Positions 23,441 through 34,659 of a stretch of 64,000 nt of DNA are shown here, piece by piece. The notes under the pieces are model-generated. The model was given only the letters and a program-made list of their open reading frames with translations, had not been told where the DNA came from and searched no databases. Each line of letters starts with the position of its first letter. Positions within the stretch are counted from its first letter, which is position 1. This DNA comes from Cyanidioschyzon merolae. Lineage: Eukaryota. The stretch is taken from NCBI GenBank assembly GCA_000091205.1, contig AP006492.2, one strand, 5' to 3'. A program made the translations under genes and the position numbers.

Positions 23441-24109
23441 ATGAAGCGCGTAAAGTGTGTTCTTATTGGTGATGGGGGTGTAGGGAAGACTTCGCTTGCG
23501 ACTAGGTTCGCGCTGGGCGAGTTTCCGGACTCGTACCTGCCGACTACCTTTGACTCGCACACTGCGGTGCGTCGGCTTGGCACCGGTGCGCTGGTGGAGA
23601 TCAACATCTGGGACTGCGCTGGTCAAAAAGAGTTCGACGAAGTGCGACAATACGTTTATCATCCCGGTTTGGATGTGTTTATTTTATGCTTTTCCCTTGT
23701 GGACCGTCGCACGTTCGAGCACTGCGCGCAGCGATGGCTCGCTGAGATGCGCGACTTTGACCCAGAGGTGCCGTTCGTCTTGATCGGAACCAAAGCGGAT
23801 CTCCGAGATCAATCTGTTTTGCAGGGCTCTTCGGCGATCGCTCGCATTGTGCTGACTGAAGAAGGTGTTCGTTTTGCACGACGAATAGGTGCCGCTGCGT
23901 ACGTGGAAGTCTCTTCTCGCACGGGAACGAACGTCGAGCGCGCATTCCGCGCTGCCGCCAAAGCAGCGCTCTCTACGAGTCATGAGGAATCCTTTGGCGA
24001 CAGCGATGAGCCTTTGGCGAGTGCAAACGGCAAGTTGCAAGGTAAACGAGAGCGAAATGAGGCTGCCGCCTCCGATCAAGGTGGCTGTTGCGGGTGCTGC
24101 GTGCAGTGA
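23441..24109 (+). CDS. Rho-family small GTPase (Rac/Rho-like) with C-terminal CCGCCVQ prenylation-type tail
   Basis: MKRVKCVLIGDGGVGKTS (P-loop), TTFDSHT (switch I), WDCAGQKEFD (switch II), VFILCFSL, LIGTKADLRDQ, and a Rho-insert-length segment before the last helix. The ORF-track start at 23345 adds 32 poorly conserved residues, so the Met at 23441 is preferred. Confidence 0.85.
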   Translation: MKRVKCVLIGDGGVGKTSLATRFALGEFPDSYLPTTFDSHTAVRRLGTGALVEINIWDCAGQKEFDEVRQYVYHPGLDVFILCFSLVDRRTFEHCAQRWLAEMRDFDPEVPFVLIGTKADLRDQSVLQGSSAIARIVLTEEGVRFARRIGAAAYVEVSSRTGTNVERAFRAAAKAALSTSHEESFGDSDEPLASANGKLQGKRERNEAAASDQGGCCGCCVQ

Positions 24110-25204
24110 GCTTATCAGGTTTCGGGTGTCTCTGTGGAGACTCGAAAGCCGGAAAGCCGAGAATCGGTGTGCTCCTCCTAAAAATGGCGAGTATCGATAG
24201 AGCGAGCGCTCGAGCGACTCGTGCTGGAGGCTCTGGCTCCTCCGATAGCGCGGGCGAGATGGATGCGACCCCTCCCGACACATCCATCTCGCCCGGTGTC
24301 ATGAGACAGCTTCGCTTTAGAGACGCGCTGCAGCGCAGCCAGGCCGGTACGTTTGATCGGTGACGGCTGCAGGACGGCCGCTGCACTGCGGTTCATGTTG
24401 TCGTGGCAGAAGCTCAAATGCGGAAGAGCGGCCTTGGGCTCCAGTTGCCTGGATCATTGGATTTGACGCGGTTTTATTCAGTGCATCGGGCATTCTGCCG
24501 TTCTGAGCACAAGCGCGAGCTCTCAGGACAGCAGAAGCGCATTGGATCCAAAAACTTGCGACCTTTTGGTCCAGCAGCACCCGAGGAAGAGTGAAGCGAC
24601 TTGTACGGGGTCGAAGCCACAATGACGGCTCCATGTCTGGAGGCAGCGTCCGCAGCATGTTACGTTTCACGGAAAAACGCGTGGAATTCGGAGGTCGTGG
24701 ACATGCGTATGTGCGCTGTCTAGCGTGCGTTTCTGAGGCACTCGCAAAGCCGTCACATGCGCTTCGAGCGTTCATTACGCGACAACACCCGCACTGCACG
24801 CGATACGGCGACACGATACCGTGCCAGTGCTGCGCGAAAGAGTACTAGCATCGCAACGAGCTCGTGGACGCTCATGCGGCGCCCAATCGCTGATCTGTTC
24901 TCGAAACCAGGCAGGCAGCTTTGTAGGTACCCTTGGAGAGGCACTTGGTATTCAAGACATTCGAATCGGTGTGGAGATTTCACGGGGCTGCTGCCTCCGT
25001 CCAGGATCTGGGCAAGGCTTTCGAAAAAGCACCACGCCGGGTTCCAAAATCAAACTTCAACGCTGACGCTCGTGAACATCCGGCATATTGGATACAAACG
25101 AGATCTGCGCGACATGACGTGCGTACACACCGATGCGCTGGTCGCTAACGCTCGTGAACATCGAGCACAGCGGATGCACACGAGACTTGCGTAGGATCAC
25201 GATC

Positions 25205-25205
<1 letters not shown>

Positions 25206-25239
<34 letters not shown>

Positions 25240-25253
25240 CACACACACACACC
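25206..25253. repeat. Compound microsatellite (CAGA)8(CA)6 in the Rho-GTPase / NhaD intergenic region
   Basis: cagacagacagacagacagacagacagacacacacacacac, read directly from the sequence. Confidence 0.95.
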
Positions 25254-26138
25254 GGGGCGCTGAATCGCATCGCCGTGACTGCCCCGTGTACCCTGAAGCG
25301 ACAAGGAGCAGATACCGTACGTGGGGCCCCAGAGGGCCCGCAGCCACGCGAACGAGGTGCCTTCGTACAAGTCCGCGGCTTGGCAGCGAGCGGCAGCCCG
25401 CAGCGTACTAGATTGGAGTGCACGTCTACATTCGCATACCAGTCCGTCGTAGCGACCAGTGGTAAAGTGCGCTTCGTCCGAACCGCTCGAAAGCGATCTC
25501 TGCATCCAAATCAATACGACCTCAGCCGAACAAGAAACCCTGATGCGAGGCACCGCGTCGATCGAACCATTGTACAAATTAGTGCGAGACCAGCACGCTA
25601 CCTCTATCCAGCTGCTGCCTCGCATCGCTTCATCACGCGCCGGTACCTGTGTATCCGTACCCTAAACGCCACAAGCAGCCAAAAGCTGCCTTGTACCGCT
25701 TCATTACGCTCATGTGAGCCTGGATACCTACCTACCTACCACAGTTACCCGGTCACCGCCTTGAATCCCTGCTTTCGCCTCGTCTGGGTCAGGTGCTGTT
25801 GCCCGTTCTGGCAAGAGGCCAGCCCGTTACCAATTATCTGTTCCATATAAACACACAGCCGCTGTCTAGATCACACCAACGACACATTGGTTACCGCCGA
25901 TCACCTCACCAACGGATGGAACGAAAAGCCTCAAGTCAGCACTGCAGCGCTCTCCCGCTGATCCTAGGCGCTGTAGCGTTTCGGGCGGATGCTGGCGCGG
26001 CACCCTCGAAGGTCACACCGAGGCAAATCGTTGTGCTCTTTCAGATAAAGTGTATCCGGTTGTTCATTCTGGGCTGCTTGTCAGTTTTCTGTTCGGTTCT
26101 AGGATCATTACCTGTATCTTGGAACTCGTTGTTGTCTC

Positions 26139-27935
26139 TTGACGCCGTCGAACACCGGAAACCTCTCTGTTATGTTCATGTTTGCAGGACACACGCTCTT
26201 GGCGTGCCGTCGACGCTGCACCTCGTTCTCCGCTGGGTGTGCGGTCAGGCTGCATCGGAGCAGCGCCTCGAGCACCCTCGGACTGCGTGCGAAAAACCTG
26301 CAAGCATCGAAAGCAACCTTGCTCTGGTGTCGACAAGAGCGAGTCCCAGCAAACGAGCAGGACGCAAGTGGGCAAACGGTGGGCCCCTCGCTCCGCAACG
26401 ACGATGCTCCGGAGACGAACGGTCCGGTTGGAGCGTCGCCCGCAACGCTCCCCGAAGCGAATACCGACGCTTCAGCTACCGATGCAGACGTCGAAACCAC
26501 TGGATCCGACGGACGCGCCAACGTTCGACGAGACCGAAGTCGCCTTGCGGCCTTGGTAACCTCATTCGGTATCATGGCAGCGCTCATCCGCGTCGAATGG
26601 GTCGAACACAACACCATCGAAGCGCTTTGGATCGTGTTCTGCACCGGGTACGCAGGTATCATCCTAGAGGACATACTTGAGTTCCATAAAGCGGGTGCAG
26701 CGCTTCTCATGGCTGTGGCTTCATGGACCGCACTGGCGCTGGCTGCACCCGGAGATAGCGCCCGATACGTGAACTCCGTAGAGGTCACGACAGCGATCCG
26801 AGAGTGTATGGCTGATGTGGCACCGCTTTTGTTCTTTCTGCTGGGAGCCATGTCCATCGTTGAAATCGTGGATGGACATCGCGGATTCCGGACGGTAACC
26901 GACTCCATTCGGACTCGGAATCCAGTCACGTTGTTGTGGATCATCAGCCTCATTACTTTTTTCATGAGCGCCATTTTAGATAATCTCACGACGACCATCG
27001 TGATGGTGTCGATTCTACGGCAGCTAGTACCGCCCAGTGCACGACGTTTGGTTGGCGCCGCAGTCGTCGTAGCAGCGAACTGCGGAGGCGTCGCAACGCC
27101 ACTGGGCGACGTTACAACGACGATGCTCTGGATCGGTGGGCAGATCACCACAGTGGCGACAATCAGGGATCTGCTGGTACCGTCTTTTGCATCGTTGCTT
27201 GTGTCGGTACTCGTGTTTAGTCCGATGGTAGCGCAGGCAGCGGCGAAAGACGCTATCGATCCTGTCGGCGGTGGTTCGCTGGCAGGAGCTGTGGCTCCTC
27301 GCGGGAGACTGATCTTTTTCAGTGGCGTCGCCTCTCTGCTGTTCGTGCCGATCTTCAAGGCAGGAACTGGTCTGCCACCGTATATGGGCATGTTGCTTGG
27401 CTTGGGCTTTATGTGGTTGCTGACGGATGTTTTGCACGCGGGCGAGCCTGGACGTTTGGAGCTGCGAGCATCGCGGGCACTCGCGCGCATCGATCAGAGC
27501 AGTATCCTGTTTTTCCTGGGAATCCTGATGAGTGTCGGAGCCCTGGAATCCGGCGGAGCACTGCGAATGCTGGCACAATGGTTAGATAGCCATCTTGCTG
27601 TTCGGGAGCTCATTCCAACAGTGATTGGTCTGGCGAGCAGCGTGATTGACAACGTACCGCTGGTCGCTGCCACCATGGGCATGTACGAACTGAGTCAGCA
27701 TCCGCCGGACTCTGAGCTGTGGCAGCTTATCGCGTACTGTGCTGGAACTGGTGGCAGCATTTTGATTATCGGTTCTGCAGCAGGCGTGGCGTACATGGGC
27801 ATGGAGAAGGTTGGATTCTTCTGGTATCTACGAAACGCCTCACTGGCAGCGCTCGCGGGTTATTTTGCGGGTATCCTGGTTTACATCTCTCTTCACGGCG
27901 ACGTTTTGCAGCGATTATTCCATCAGGTTTTCTGA
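26139..27935 (+). CDS. NhaD-type Na+/H+ antiporter (ArsB/NhaD permease superfamily) with ~130-aa N-terminal extension
   Basis: FFMSAILDNLTTTIVMVSILRQLVP and VVVAANCGGVATPLGDVTTTMLWIGGQITT match the two signature repeats of plant and bacterial NhaD. The protein is hydrophobic with multiple membrane spans throughout. Confidence 0.85.
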   Translation: MTPSNTGNLSVMFMFAGHTLLACRRRCTSFSAGCAVRLHRSSASSTLGLRAKNLQASKATLLWCRQERVPANEQDASGQTVGPSLRNDDAPETNGPVGASPATLPEANTDASATDADVETTGSDGRANVRRDRSRLAALVTSFGIMAALIRVEWVEHNTIEALWIVFCTGYAGIILEDILEFHKAGAALLMAVASWTALALAAPGDSARYVNSVEVTTAIRECMADVAPLLFFLLGAMSIVEIVDGHRGFRTVTDSIRTRNPVTLLWIISLITFFMSAILDNLTTTIVMVSILRQLVPPSARRLVGAAVVVAANCGGVATPLGDVTTTMLWIGGQITTVATIRDLLVPSFASLLVSVLVFSPMVAQAAAKDAIDPVGGGSLAGAVAPRGRLIFFSGVASLLFVPIFKAGTGLPPYMGMLLGLGFMWLLTDVLHAGEPGRLELRASRALARIDQSSILFFLGILMSVGALESGGALRMLAQWLDSHLAVRELIPTVIGLASSVIDNVPLVAATMGMYELSQHPPDSELWQLIAYCAGTGGSILIIGSAAGVAYMGMEKVGFFWYLRNASLAALAGYFAGILVYISLHGDVLQRLFHQVF

Positions 27936-30021
27936 GAAGCGTCGAGCTCCTGCGGTATCGACACGAATGCTGCAGTCCGGCATCGATGGCATGGCGTCGT
28001 GAATGTTCTTCCAGCACGCGCTTCTTTGCGTGCCGTTCGTCATGCTGTTGCTGACAGCATATCTAGGGGCATATGCTTGCGTCTAGCCGGCACATGGTAC
28101 CGCAAGGCGCCGTGGTTATCCGTATATGCTTCGTCGCTATGCTGCCTTGCTCGCTTCCATGACCTGTAGAGACGACTGGTGACCGACGCCCCATATCTAT
28201 CGAACGACGCGTCTGGACGGTCTAAGGAAGCAGTGCTAAAGCGCGCAAAAGCGGCGTAAATGTTCGGGAGCGATGTTGTGCATGTGGAAGTTTGGGGATT
28301 CTGGTGTATATCCAGCATACGCTGCAGTGGAGCGCGCATATTTGTGGGTCTTTCGGGAACCGCATGCACGTCTCGCGGCCTCAGTTCGAGATCAGTACTG
28401 GTTAGCGAAACAGATCCCAGGTGACTGCATGGATTCGACTCTCCTTGTTCGCGTCCATTGGTTTTGTTAGCGCTGCGGCCATGGTAACGCCTCTCGTGAC
28501 AGCAAGCATTGGACGCACCTAGCTCCTGACGCGTGGAGCTCGAGTTCGTAGCGAAACCCGTACGCAGGTGTTTGATATCCGACGTCACGCGCCCGGGATA
28601 TGTCGAATGACGTCGCCTCAAGTACCCGTTTACGGAACGAGTCTGTATCTAAGGAAACAAGTCCCGAAATAGAGCCATCGAAAGCGTCGTGCGTTTGCTC
28701 TGAGCCGCACAACCTCTCGCCGAAGTGAATCACGACACGACCGTCTGGGCCATGCGCAGTTTCGCTATTAACTCGAGTTTCTAGCGCATACCTGTCGCTG
28801 AACACGCAAAACTGTCGCTCGGTGACCAGAGTCGGTCCGCCGGCGCTCAGCACAAAAACCTGTTTCGAATGCATTCAAGACTGCGACGTATCCGCCCAAG
28901 TGTCGAGGATAAGTCACCGGCACCTGAAGCAGAAGCCCGCTATGTACCAAATCTCGCTTTCGTGTGATACGTGAAGCACTGGAAGCTCTAGTTTGTCGTG
29001 TTCGCTGAGCGTCCATTACCAGAAGCATGCATGAGTATACCGTCGCGAGTCATTCATCCCTGGGAAATCTGTCCGAATACGTGCGTGGCCAAGAGGCACG
29101 AGACACCACAAGGGGCCAATAGTTTGTCAATGCTATCTGTGTGCAACCGTAGCAAATAGGCGCGCTTCTCCTTGGGGTTCGCATGGCACCCAGCCTTGAC
29201 GGAGTATCCGCCCTGCTTGACAAGGCGCTGTCGCTAACGATATCGCTTGCTTTTCGCCATGGCGCGGAACCAGACTAGCTAGGTTGGTGAAGGTATTCAT
29301 GAAGGCCCTTGCAACCAGCATGGAGTGCGCCTATCCCTCAGCGGGAGCGATGTCTGTGCATACCGTACAGCAACGCAGCAATCCGCTTGCAGTGTGCGCA
29401 AGGCACCGCCAGTTTGCGCCGCCCAAAGTGAGTCGTGTTCCTGAATCTCGCGCAGAGTGCAAGCATGACGCTATGGATAGCGTGTCAAGCCCCTAGGCTA
29501 GCACGTCTTGAAGCGGCGCGTTCTGACCTGCGCTTCTTCGGCAGACAATCCGACGTTACTTGTAGACGCTGTTTGTCAGACGAGATGCCCGCACGCGATC
29601 CGCGAGACACGGTCGATGCCCGTGCGCTCCAGGCTACCGAGACTGGACGCTATCGCTAGTTGATCTGCGGTCTTCAGGCGAGGTTCACAGCGATAAACTG
29701 AGACTGTAAACGAAAGACTCTTGGCGGCAGCAACAGACGCTAGCTCCGGTTCTAAAGTGTCCAGTGGATGATCGGAAAGACCCGCTCATACCCTAGCTCG
29801 TCCAAGCGTGCCCCAGGGAAAAAGAGGCTTCTTTTGATGCACGGATACTGAACGAGGACGTCTGTTCACTGCTTACCAAGAATCACCCGCAATTCTGGAG
29901 CATTCTGAGTCGACACATCGATCGGACGCTGCCAAGTCATCGGCAGGGTTGTCCGGCTCTGCAGGAATGCACGAGCTGCGATCGCGTACGCTGTGGATCA
30001 GCGTGAACGGGCGCTCTGGCC

Positions 30022-31272
30022 TTGGGTATCACAGGTTGGCTCGCAATGAACGGTTTTATTTCTGGAAGTTTTTGGCAGCAACATCAGTCGCTTTATTCTG
30101 ACACAAAGAATACCTATCATGCGGAGGTATTGACCTGTCGCCAACGGAAAGAAAGGCGCCTTCCTAAAGCGGCGTCGAGGGGGCTCGGTCGCACACCCGC
30201 GCGACACCTCGGGCGTGCAGCTCGAAACAGTGCTGGGCCGTTTACTCGTTCTACGACGTTGTACCGAAGAGAATGCTTCGGTTTGGCAATGTCTGGAACC
30301 GTGGATGCGATCTGCAGTGACACCCTAACAGGGCGCGGGGCCTATCGCCAGGAGCCGCGGTTCACTGCCTTGGAGACGAATGCTTCGATTCTCGAGGTCG
30401 GTACAGCGCGAATTTTTATCGACCCGCACTTGGTTGGCCCGCTGGTGTTTTTTGACCCCCGTTTCTTTGCCCAGTACAAAACCAAGCTGCATATATCTGA
30501 TACTCGACAAGTATCGGAGATGCGAAAGCGCATCCGAGAGCAGTTCGGCCCGATATCGCTGGTGGTGCTCAGCCAGGCGCTCGCGGATCACGCGCATGAA
30601 CCAAGCCTACGGTATCTGGATCGCGAGCTTCCTGTTGTGGCTCCAAATAGTGCGCGACCTTTGCTCACGAAACTAGGCTTCGAGAATGTTCAGTACCTGC
30701 GGCCCGGAAACAGTTTTCGAATGGACTGCGGCAGCGAGCGGTCCCCGAGCGACGAGTACGTCGACATACAAGCGGTGAAGGGCTCGGTTGTTGGACCTCC
30801 GTGGCAAGAGCCGGAGAACGGCTATATTTTCCGGTTGTATCGAGTGCTGGCGCCCAATGAAGCGCATGTTTGTGTCTTTCGCATGTTTTACGAGCCGCAC
30901 GGGAATTTCGATGCGTCGGCATTGCGCACAGCGTTGGCGAGTACGCAGGACCCCGACGGTCGCCTCGTCGACGTGGTGCTAACCCCGCCCATACGTGTTC
31001 TGTTTGCCGGAGTTTACGAGCTGCTCCGAGGGGCCCCCAGTGCCGTCGAGTTGGTGCAGCTTCTCCGACCACAAATGGTGATTCCAATACGGAACTGGGA
31101 AGGTCACCAGTCTGGTTTGCTCTCGGGGCTCCTGCGCGGCACCGGAAGCCTTCAAGAATTTCGAGAAAGCGTCGCGCAGATAGCAAGACGCTTGCAGTTG
31201 GACACGCAGCTGGTTCGCATTGGCGAGCCTGGGGAAGCGTTCACCTTACCCTTGCGCCCGCTTTCTTCGTAA
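30022..31272 (+). CDS. Hypothetical protein (416 aa), possibly a metallo-beta-lactamase-fold hydrolase, with N-terminal Arg/Ser-rich extension
   Basis: A long ORF with protein-like composition. VVLSQALADHAHEP resembles the HxHxDH region of the MBL fold. Family assignment is not secure. Confidence 0.4.
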   Translation: MGITGWLAMNGFISGSFWQQHQSLYSDTKNTYHAEVLTCRQRKERRLPKAASRGLGRTPARHLGRAARNSAGPFTRSTTLYRRECFGLAMSGTVDAICSDTLTGRGAYRQEPRFTALETNASILEVGTARIFIDPHLVGPLVFFDPRFFAQYKTKLHISDTRQVSEMRKRIREQFGPISLVVLSQALADHAHEPSLRYLDRELPVVAPNSARPLLTKLGFENVQYLRPGNSFRMDCGSERSPSDEYVDIQAVKGSVVGPPWQEPENGYIFRLYRVLAPNEAHVCVFRMFYEPHGNFDASALRTALASTQDPDGRLVDVVLTPPIRVLFAGVYELLRGAPSAVELVQLLRPQMVIPIRNWEGHQSGLLSGLLRGTGSLQEFRESVAQIARRLQLDTQLVRIGEPGEAFTLPLRPLSS

Positions 31273-31729
31273 CCATGAGGACGCTGTGCTGTCTCTTGTA
31301 TAGGTGGAAGCAGTACCGTACGGATTTGAATGGATCCTCGACTGGACGAATGCTCATTCCCTGCCGAGGCCGGCTGTGGCTGACGGACGTTCGTGACGTG
31401 TTTCGACACCAGCCCTCTACCTGGAATGCTTTCTGTACATCGGAGAGAACTTTTGGCGCTAGTTGTCTCGCAAGAAACCAAAAAATATTTACTGTTGGCT
31501 TGGGTCCACCTCTTCACAACTACCGATCTGGACATCGTTCCGAAGAAGAACTCGTTTCTGTGTGTGGACCTGGAGCACCTCCGAGCAGCGGTCCCGGGCC
31601 AACCAACGGTGCGTGTGACCGCACCCTGCGTCCTTGTCATGGGCCAGCGCAATCACACCGGGAAACGAGTGCTCCGTCTCTGGGCACCGATCGAGCCCGA
31701 CTGTCCAGCGGTGCGTGGATGAAGCGTCC

Positions 31730-32197
31730 TCACTTGTGCTTACGAACCTTTTCCCGCAGAACGCTCTCATTCGCACCCGTCAAGTCATCGATCTTCTTTC
31801 CTCCTTTATAAAATATGAACGTCGGCATCGCTGCAACCCCGCAACGCTGGGCAAGATCCGGAAGCTTGTCCACGTCCACTTTGATGAACTCGACTGTACC
31901 CGCGTACTCCTCCTGGAGTCGTTCTAAGACCGGGGCGATGAACCGGCAAGGACCACACCAGACAGCATAAAAGTCAACCACAACAAGCTTTTCAGTTCCT
32001 GCTAGAATTTGATCGAACTCTTCAACCGACTGAACCTCTTTCACCATGCTGTCAAACGTCTGCCTATGAGAAAAAACGCTCTGGAAGAATTGTAGACATG
32101 GTGCGCGCGCGCGTGTGGCGACGCTGTCGCCGCTGTTGTGGCCTGTGCATGAGGCGGCGAGGCGCGGCAGCAGCGCTGGCGACTCGGGCGGCGACAT
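31730..32197 (-). CDS. Thioredoxin (h/m-type) with 50-aa N-terminal extension; the mature protein likely starts at the Met at 32047
   Basis: VVVDFYAVWCGPCRFIAPVLERL (WCGPC active site), MPTFIFYKGGKKIDDLTGAN. Confidence 0.85.
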   Translation of the reverse strand: MSPPESPALLPRLAASCTGHNSGDSVATRARAPCLQFFQSVFSHRQTFDSMVKEVQSVEEFDQILAGTEKLVVVDFYAVWCGPCRFIAPVLERLQEEYAGTVEFIKVDVDKLPDLAQRCGVAAMPTFIFYKGGKKIDDLTGANESVLREKVRKHK

Positions 32198-32236
32198 GCT
32201 GCTGCTGCTGCTGCTGCTGCTGCGCGCGCGCGCGCC
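32196..32236. repeat. Microsatellite (CTG)9 followed by (GC)7, just upstream of the thioredoxin start codon
   Basis: ctgctgctgctgctgctgctgctgcgcgcgcgcgcgccc, read directly. Confidence 0.95.
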
Positions 32237-32982
32237 CGGCGCTGGACGCGTCGCACTCGCGTCGATGCAGGTGCGCTGCGCTATACAGAGGTTGGCGCGC
32301 TGCGAGGCTTCAGCAGCAGGGCGTTACGACTGCCAGCGTGCGAGGCCAGCCACGATATCCATGAGATAAAACGCTTGCGTCAAGTGTTGAACAAGTCGCA
32401 AGACGCCTGGGCGAACATAGTTCGTCTTCATTGTCAATTCCGTATCCTCAGCATACGCTCCTTCCCAGTAAATGACGTTCTCTGTTGCGATCCGCGGAGC
32501 GTTCCGCAGCGCAGCACTGAATCCATGAGACATATGCTACGAATATATCCTAGGAATAAACGCTGGTATTCGTACGACCCACTTTTCACTTGATCCTGCA
32601 ATACCATAGCACAGCATCCAGCTGTAACGCATCCAGCATCTTTCCAGCCTGTCCGAGCACACGCACGACTGGATCCGTGGGGAGAGCGCGCCTCGGATCA
32701 GCGCGCCGCTGCATCTGACGAGCGCCGTGCCCGCCCGGAGAGCGCACGACCTCGAAGCACAGGTCGCAGCGCAATGATCGACCTTCGCATCGATGTGCAC
32801 CTATGCACATCCAAGCCGCTTCCAGTGCAAGCGCCGCGACCTGTGCTATTCTCAGGTATCATTGATCAAGCGTGCAGAGCAGACGCGTGAGCGCCTTGGC
32901 GCAGCAGCAAGTCGCCCAGCGCCTCGCTGCAGGATGATGCGTGCTGGTGCGTGCTGGTGCGTCGCCACGCGCGCACACCCCG

Positions 32983-33128
32983 AGCGCCGCCAGAGAGATT
33001 GCCTCGATGACGCAGATGCCGAGCGCGCTGGACGTTATCGCTGGACGATCAACGAAGCGCCGCCAGAGAGATTGCCTCGATGACGCAGATGCCGAGCGCG
33101 CTGGACGTTATCGCTGGACGATCAACGA
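32983..33128. repeat. Perfect 73-bp tandem duplication in the thioredoxin/fibrillin intergenic region, immediately upstream of the fibrillin start (33146)
   Basis: agcgccgccagagagattgcctcgatgacgcagatgccgagcgcgctggacgttatcgctggacgatcaacga occurs twice back to back (32983-33055 and 33056-33128). A shorter gcgtgctggt x2 lies at 32938-32957. Confidence 0.9.
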
Positions 33129-33145
33129 GTTGGAAGCAGGAGTAA

Positions 33146-33808
33146 ATGGCTTTTGTTCCGAACTTGTGGGTCCATCGACGTTCTGCAAGGACCCGAGCGC
33201 CAAAGCGAGCTCTCTGTTTACGTGCATCTTCCGTTGAAGAGCGCCCAGCTGCGACGCCGACGCTGCTGCTGGCTTTGCTCGCGGGGAACCGGCTCGGTGC
33301 TTCGTACCGGGCGTCGCGTCGCATCGCAATTCAAAACATTGCTGGACTTTTGGAGTCTACAGCTCTAGAAAAGCGTGAAGGCATTCGTTTTCCTCGCGAC
33401 CTTGGACGTCTCGAAGGTGTTTGGCGACTGTGTTACACCTCCGGCCGTTTGCCAGTGGGTTGCGTCAACAGCTACCAGGTTATCCGCGGCGCTTCGCGAC
33501 AGCTTGCGAACATTGTCGACCTGGCGCTGCCTCTGGCACCGCCGCGGACGGTTTTTCGTCTGTGCATCGAACACACCTTCGACGTTGTGGGTGAACACCG
33601 CATCCGTCTGCGCCAGACTGCCGTGCGGACGGGGATCACCGGTGAGGACGCCGCACCTGACGTGCACTGGCTGCGCTTCCCGCCCGTGCCCATACCCGGC
33701 GTCATGGCCGAGCCCGTTGGATACCTCGATACCATCTACACGGATGAGGATGGTTTGCGAATCAGTCGCGGTGACGGTGGTGAACTTCGTATTTTTGTGA
33801 AGGTGTAG
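33146..33808 (+). CDS. PAP/fibrillin-domain (plastid lipid-associated) protein
   Basis: LLALLAGNRLGASYRASRRIAIQNIAGLLESTALEKREGIRFPRDLGRLEGVWRLCYTSG matches the fibrillin lipocalin-like core (G.W.L.YTS). The C-terminal YLDTIYTDEDGLRISRGDGGELRIFVKV is the typical fibrillin ending. Confidence 0.7.
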   Translation: MAFVPNLWVHRRSARTRAPKRALCLRASSVEERPAATPTLLLALLAGNRLGASYRASRRIAIQNIAGLLESTALEKREGIRFPRDLGRLEGVWRLCYTSGRLPVGCVNSYQVIRGASRQLANIVDLALPLAPPRTVFRLCIEHTFDVVGEHRIRLRQTAVRTGITGEDAAPDVHWLRFPPVPIPGVMAEPVGYLDTIYTDEDGLRISRGDGGELRIFVKV

Positions 33809-34659
33809 TTCTGGGTGCTACGTGTGAATGGGGGCCAGCGTTCGCGTCTCACCGTGTCGACGCCCGGATTCGAGCAACACGAAAGCGAGATCATGCACAG
33901 AGGCGTTCGTGAAAGCGCAGCAGATAGGTATCCGCTCGAGACGGCGCTTCCGGCTGGTGCGTCGCTCCGAAAGCGTCCAGACACACGCCTGAAGTGCGTC
34001 GCACAAAGCGTTCCTGTCAAGCGCGACCTCGTTTCCGGGTAGAGCCATGCATCCGGACAGACGCCTACGATGAGCTCGCAAAGGCTGCCTGCGCTCCCGA
34101 GTGCACTGGGCAGCGCCCGGTTCCCTGCTGGCTCTGACGCTGTTCGACAGAGAGGACACGCCGTGGGATGCGGTGACGTCGCTGTTCCTGTTGTCGTCGT
34201 CGTCGTCGGATGGCGTCGCTGGCATATTTACAGCCCGTTTGGGTCGGCAGCGCTTCGTCAGGAGCGGTTGCGTCCACTGGAATTCGTGCTTGTATGGCGA
34301 GTCAAGCACTCGCATAGCACGACGAGCCTGCGCGAGCCAGCGACCATGACCACGAGCCCGAAATCTGGTGCAGGGGATCCACACTCGCCGTCCCAAGGAT
34401 ATCCCGGTGCTCGTGAACGCAGCATCTCGAACAGGGCGGCGATCCACGTATGTGCTGACGGACTGGTTGCGCTCGAGCGTCGCACCAGACTTGCGGGCGA
34501 TGTGCGCGGCACCCATACCGCCTTCTAGCCGTGGGTATCTGAGCACGCGAGCACGCTTTGGGAAAACGCAAGCGAACCGTTTAGCGGGCCTGGCTGGGCG
34601 TCGAATCGCCATTCACGGGATCCTGTGAAACGTCACAAGTCATGACGTTACCGTTACCC

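Noticed and set aside
25060-25200. Degenerate about 80-bp tandem duplicate (acgctcgtgaacatc...gcgacatgacg / acgctcgtgaacatc...gcgtaggatcacg) next to the (CAGA)n microsatellite
   Set aside because: Only partial similarity between the units. It is probably local slippage or duplication debris of no clear significance.
25793-26680. 295-aa plus-strand ORF overlapping the 5' end of NhaD in another frame
   Set aside because: No recognisable features. The NhaD frame has the family motifs.
26108-27490. 460-aa minus-strand ORF antisense to the NhaD gene (similar antisense ORFs: 18595-19317 opposite the helicase, 37198-37923 opposite FTHFS)
   Set aside because: Low-complexity Ser/Ala/Thr-rich translation with no motifs, while the sense strands have clear family signatures. 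Long antisense ORFs are expected in about 60% GC DNA.
33818-34612. 264-aa Arg-rich minus-strand ORF between the fibrillin and ProRS genes
   Set aside because: Extremely basic, low-complexity translation with no conserved block. It is possibly a 3'-UTR shadow, so I did not call it a gene.
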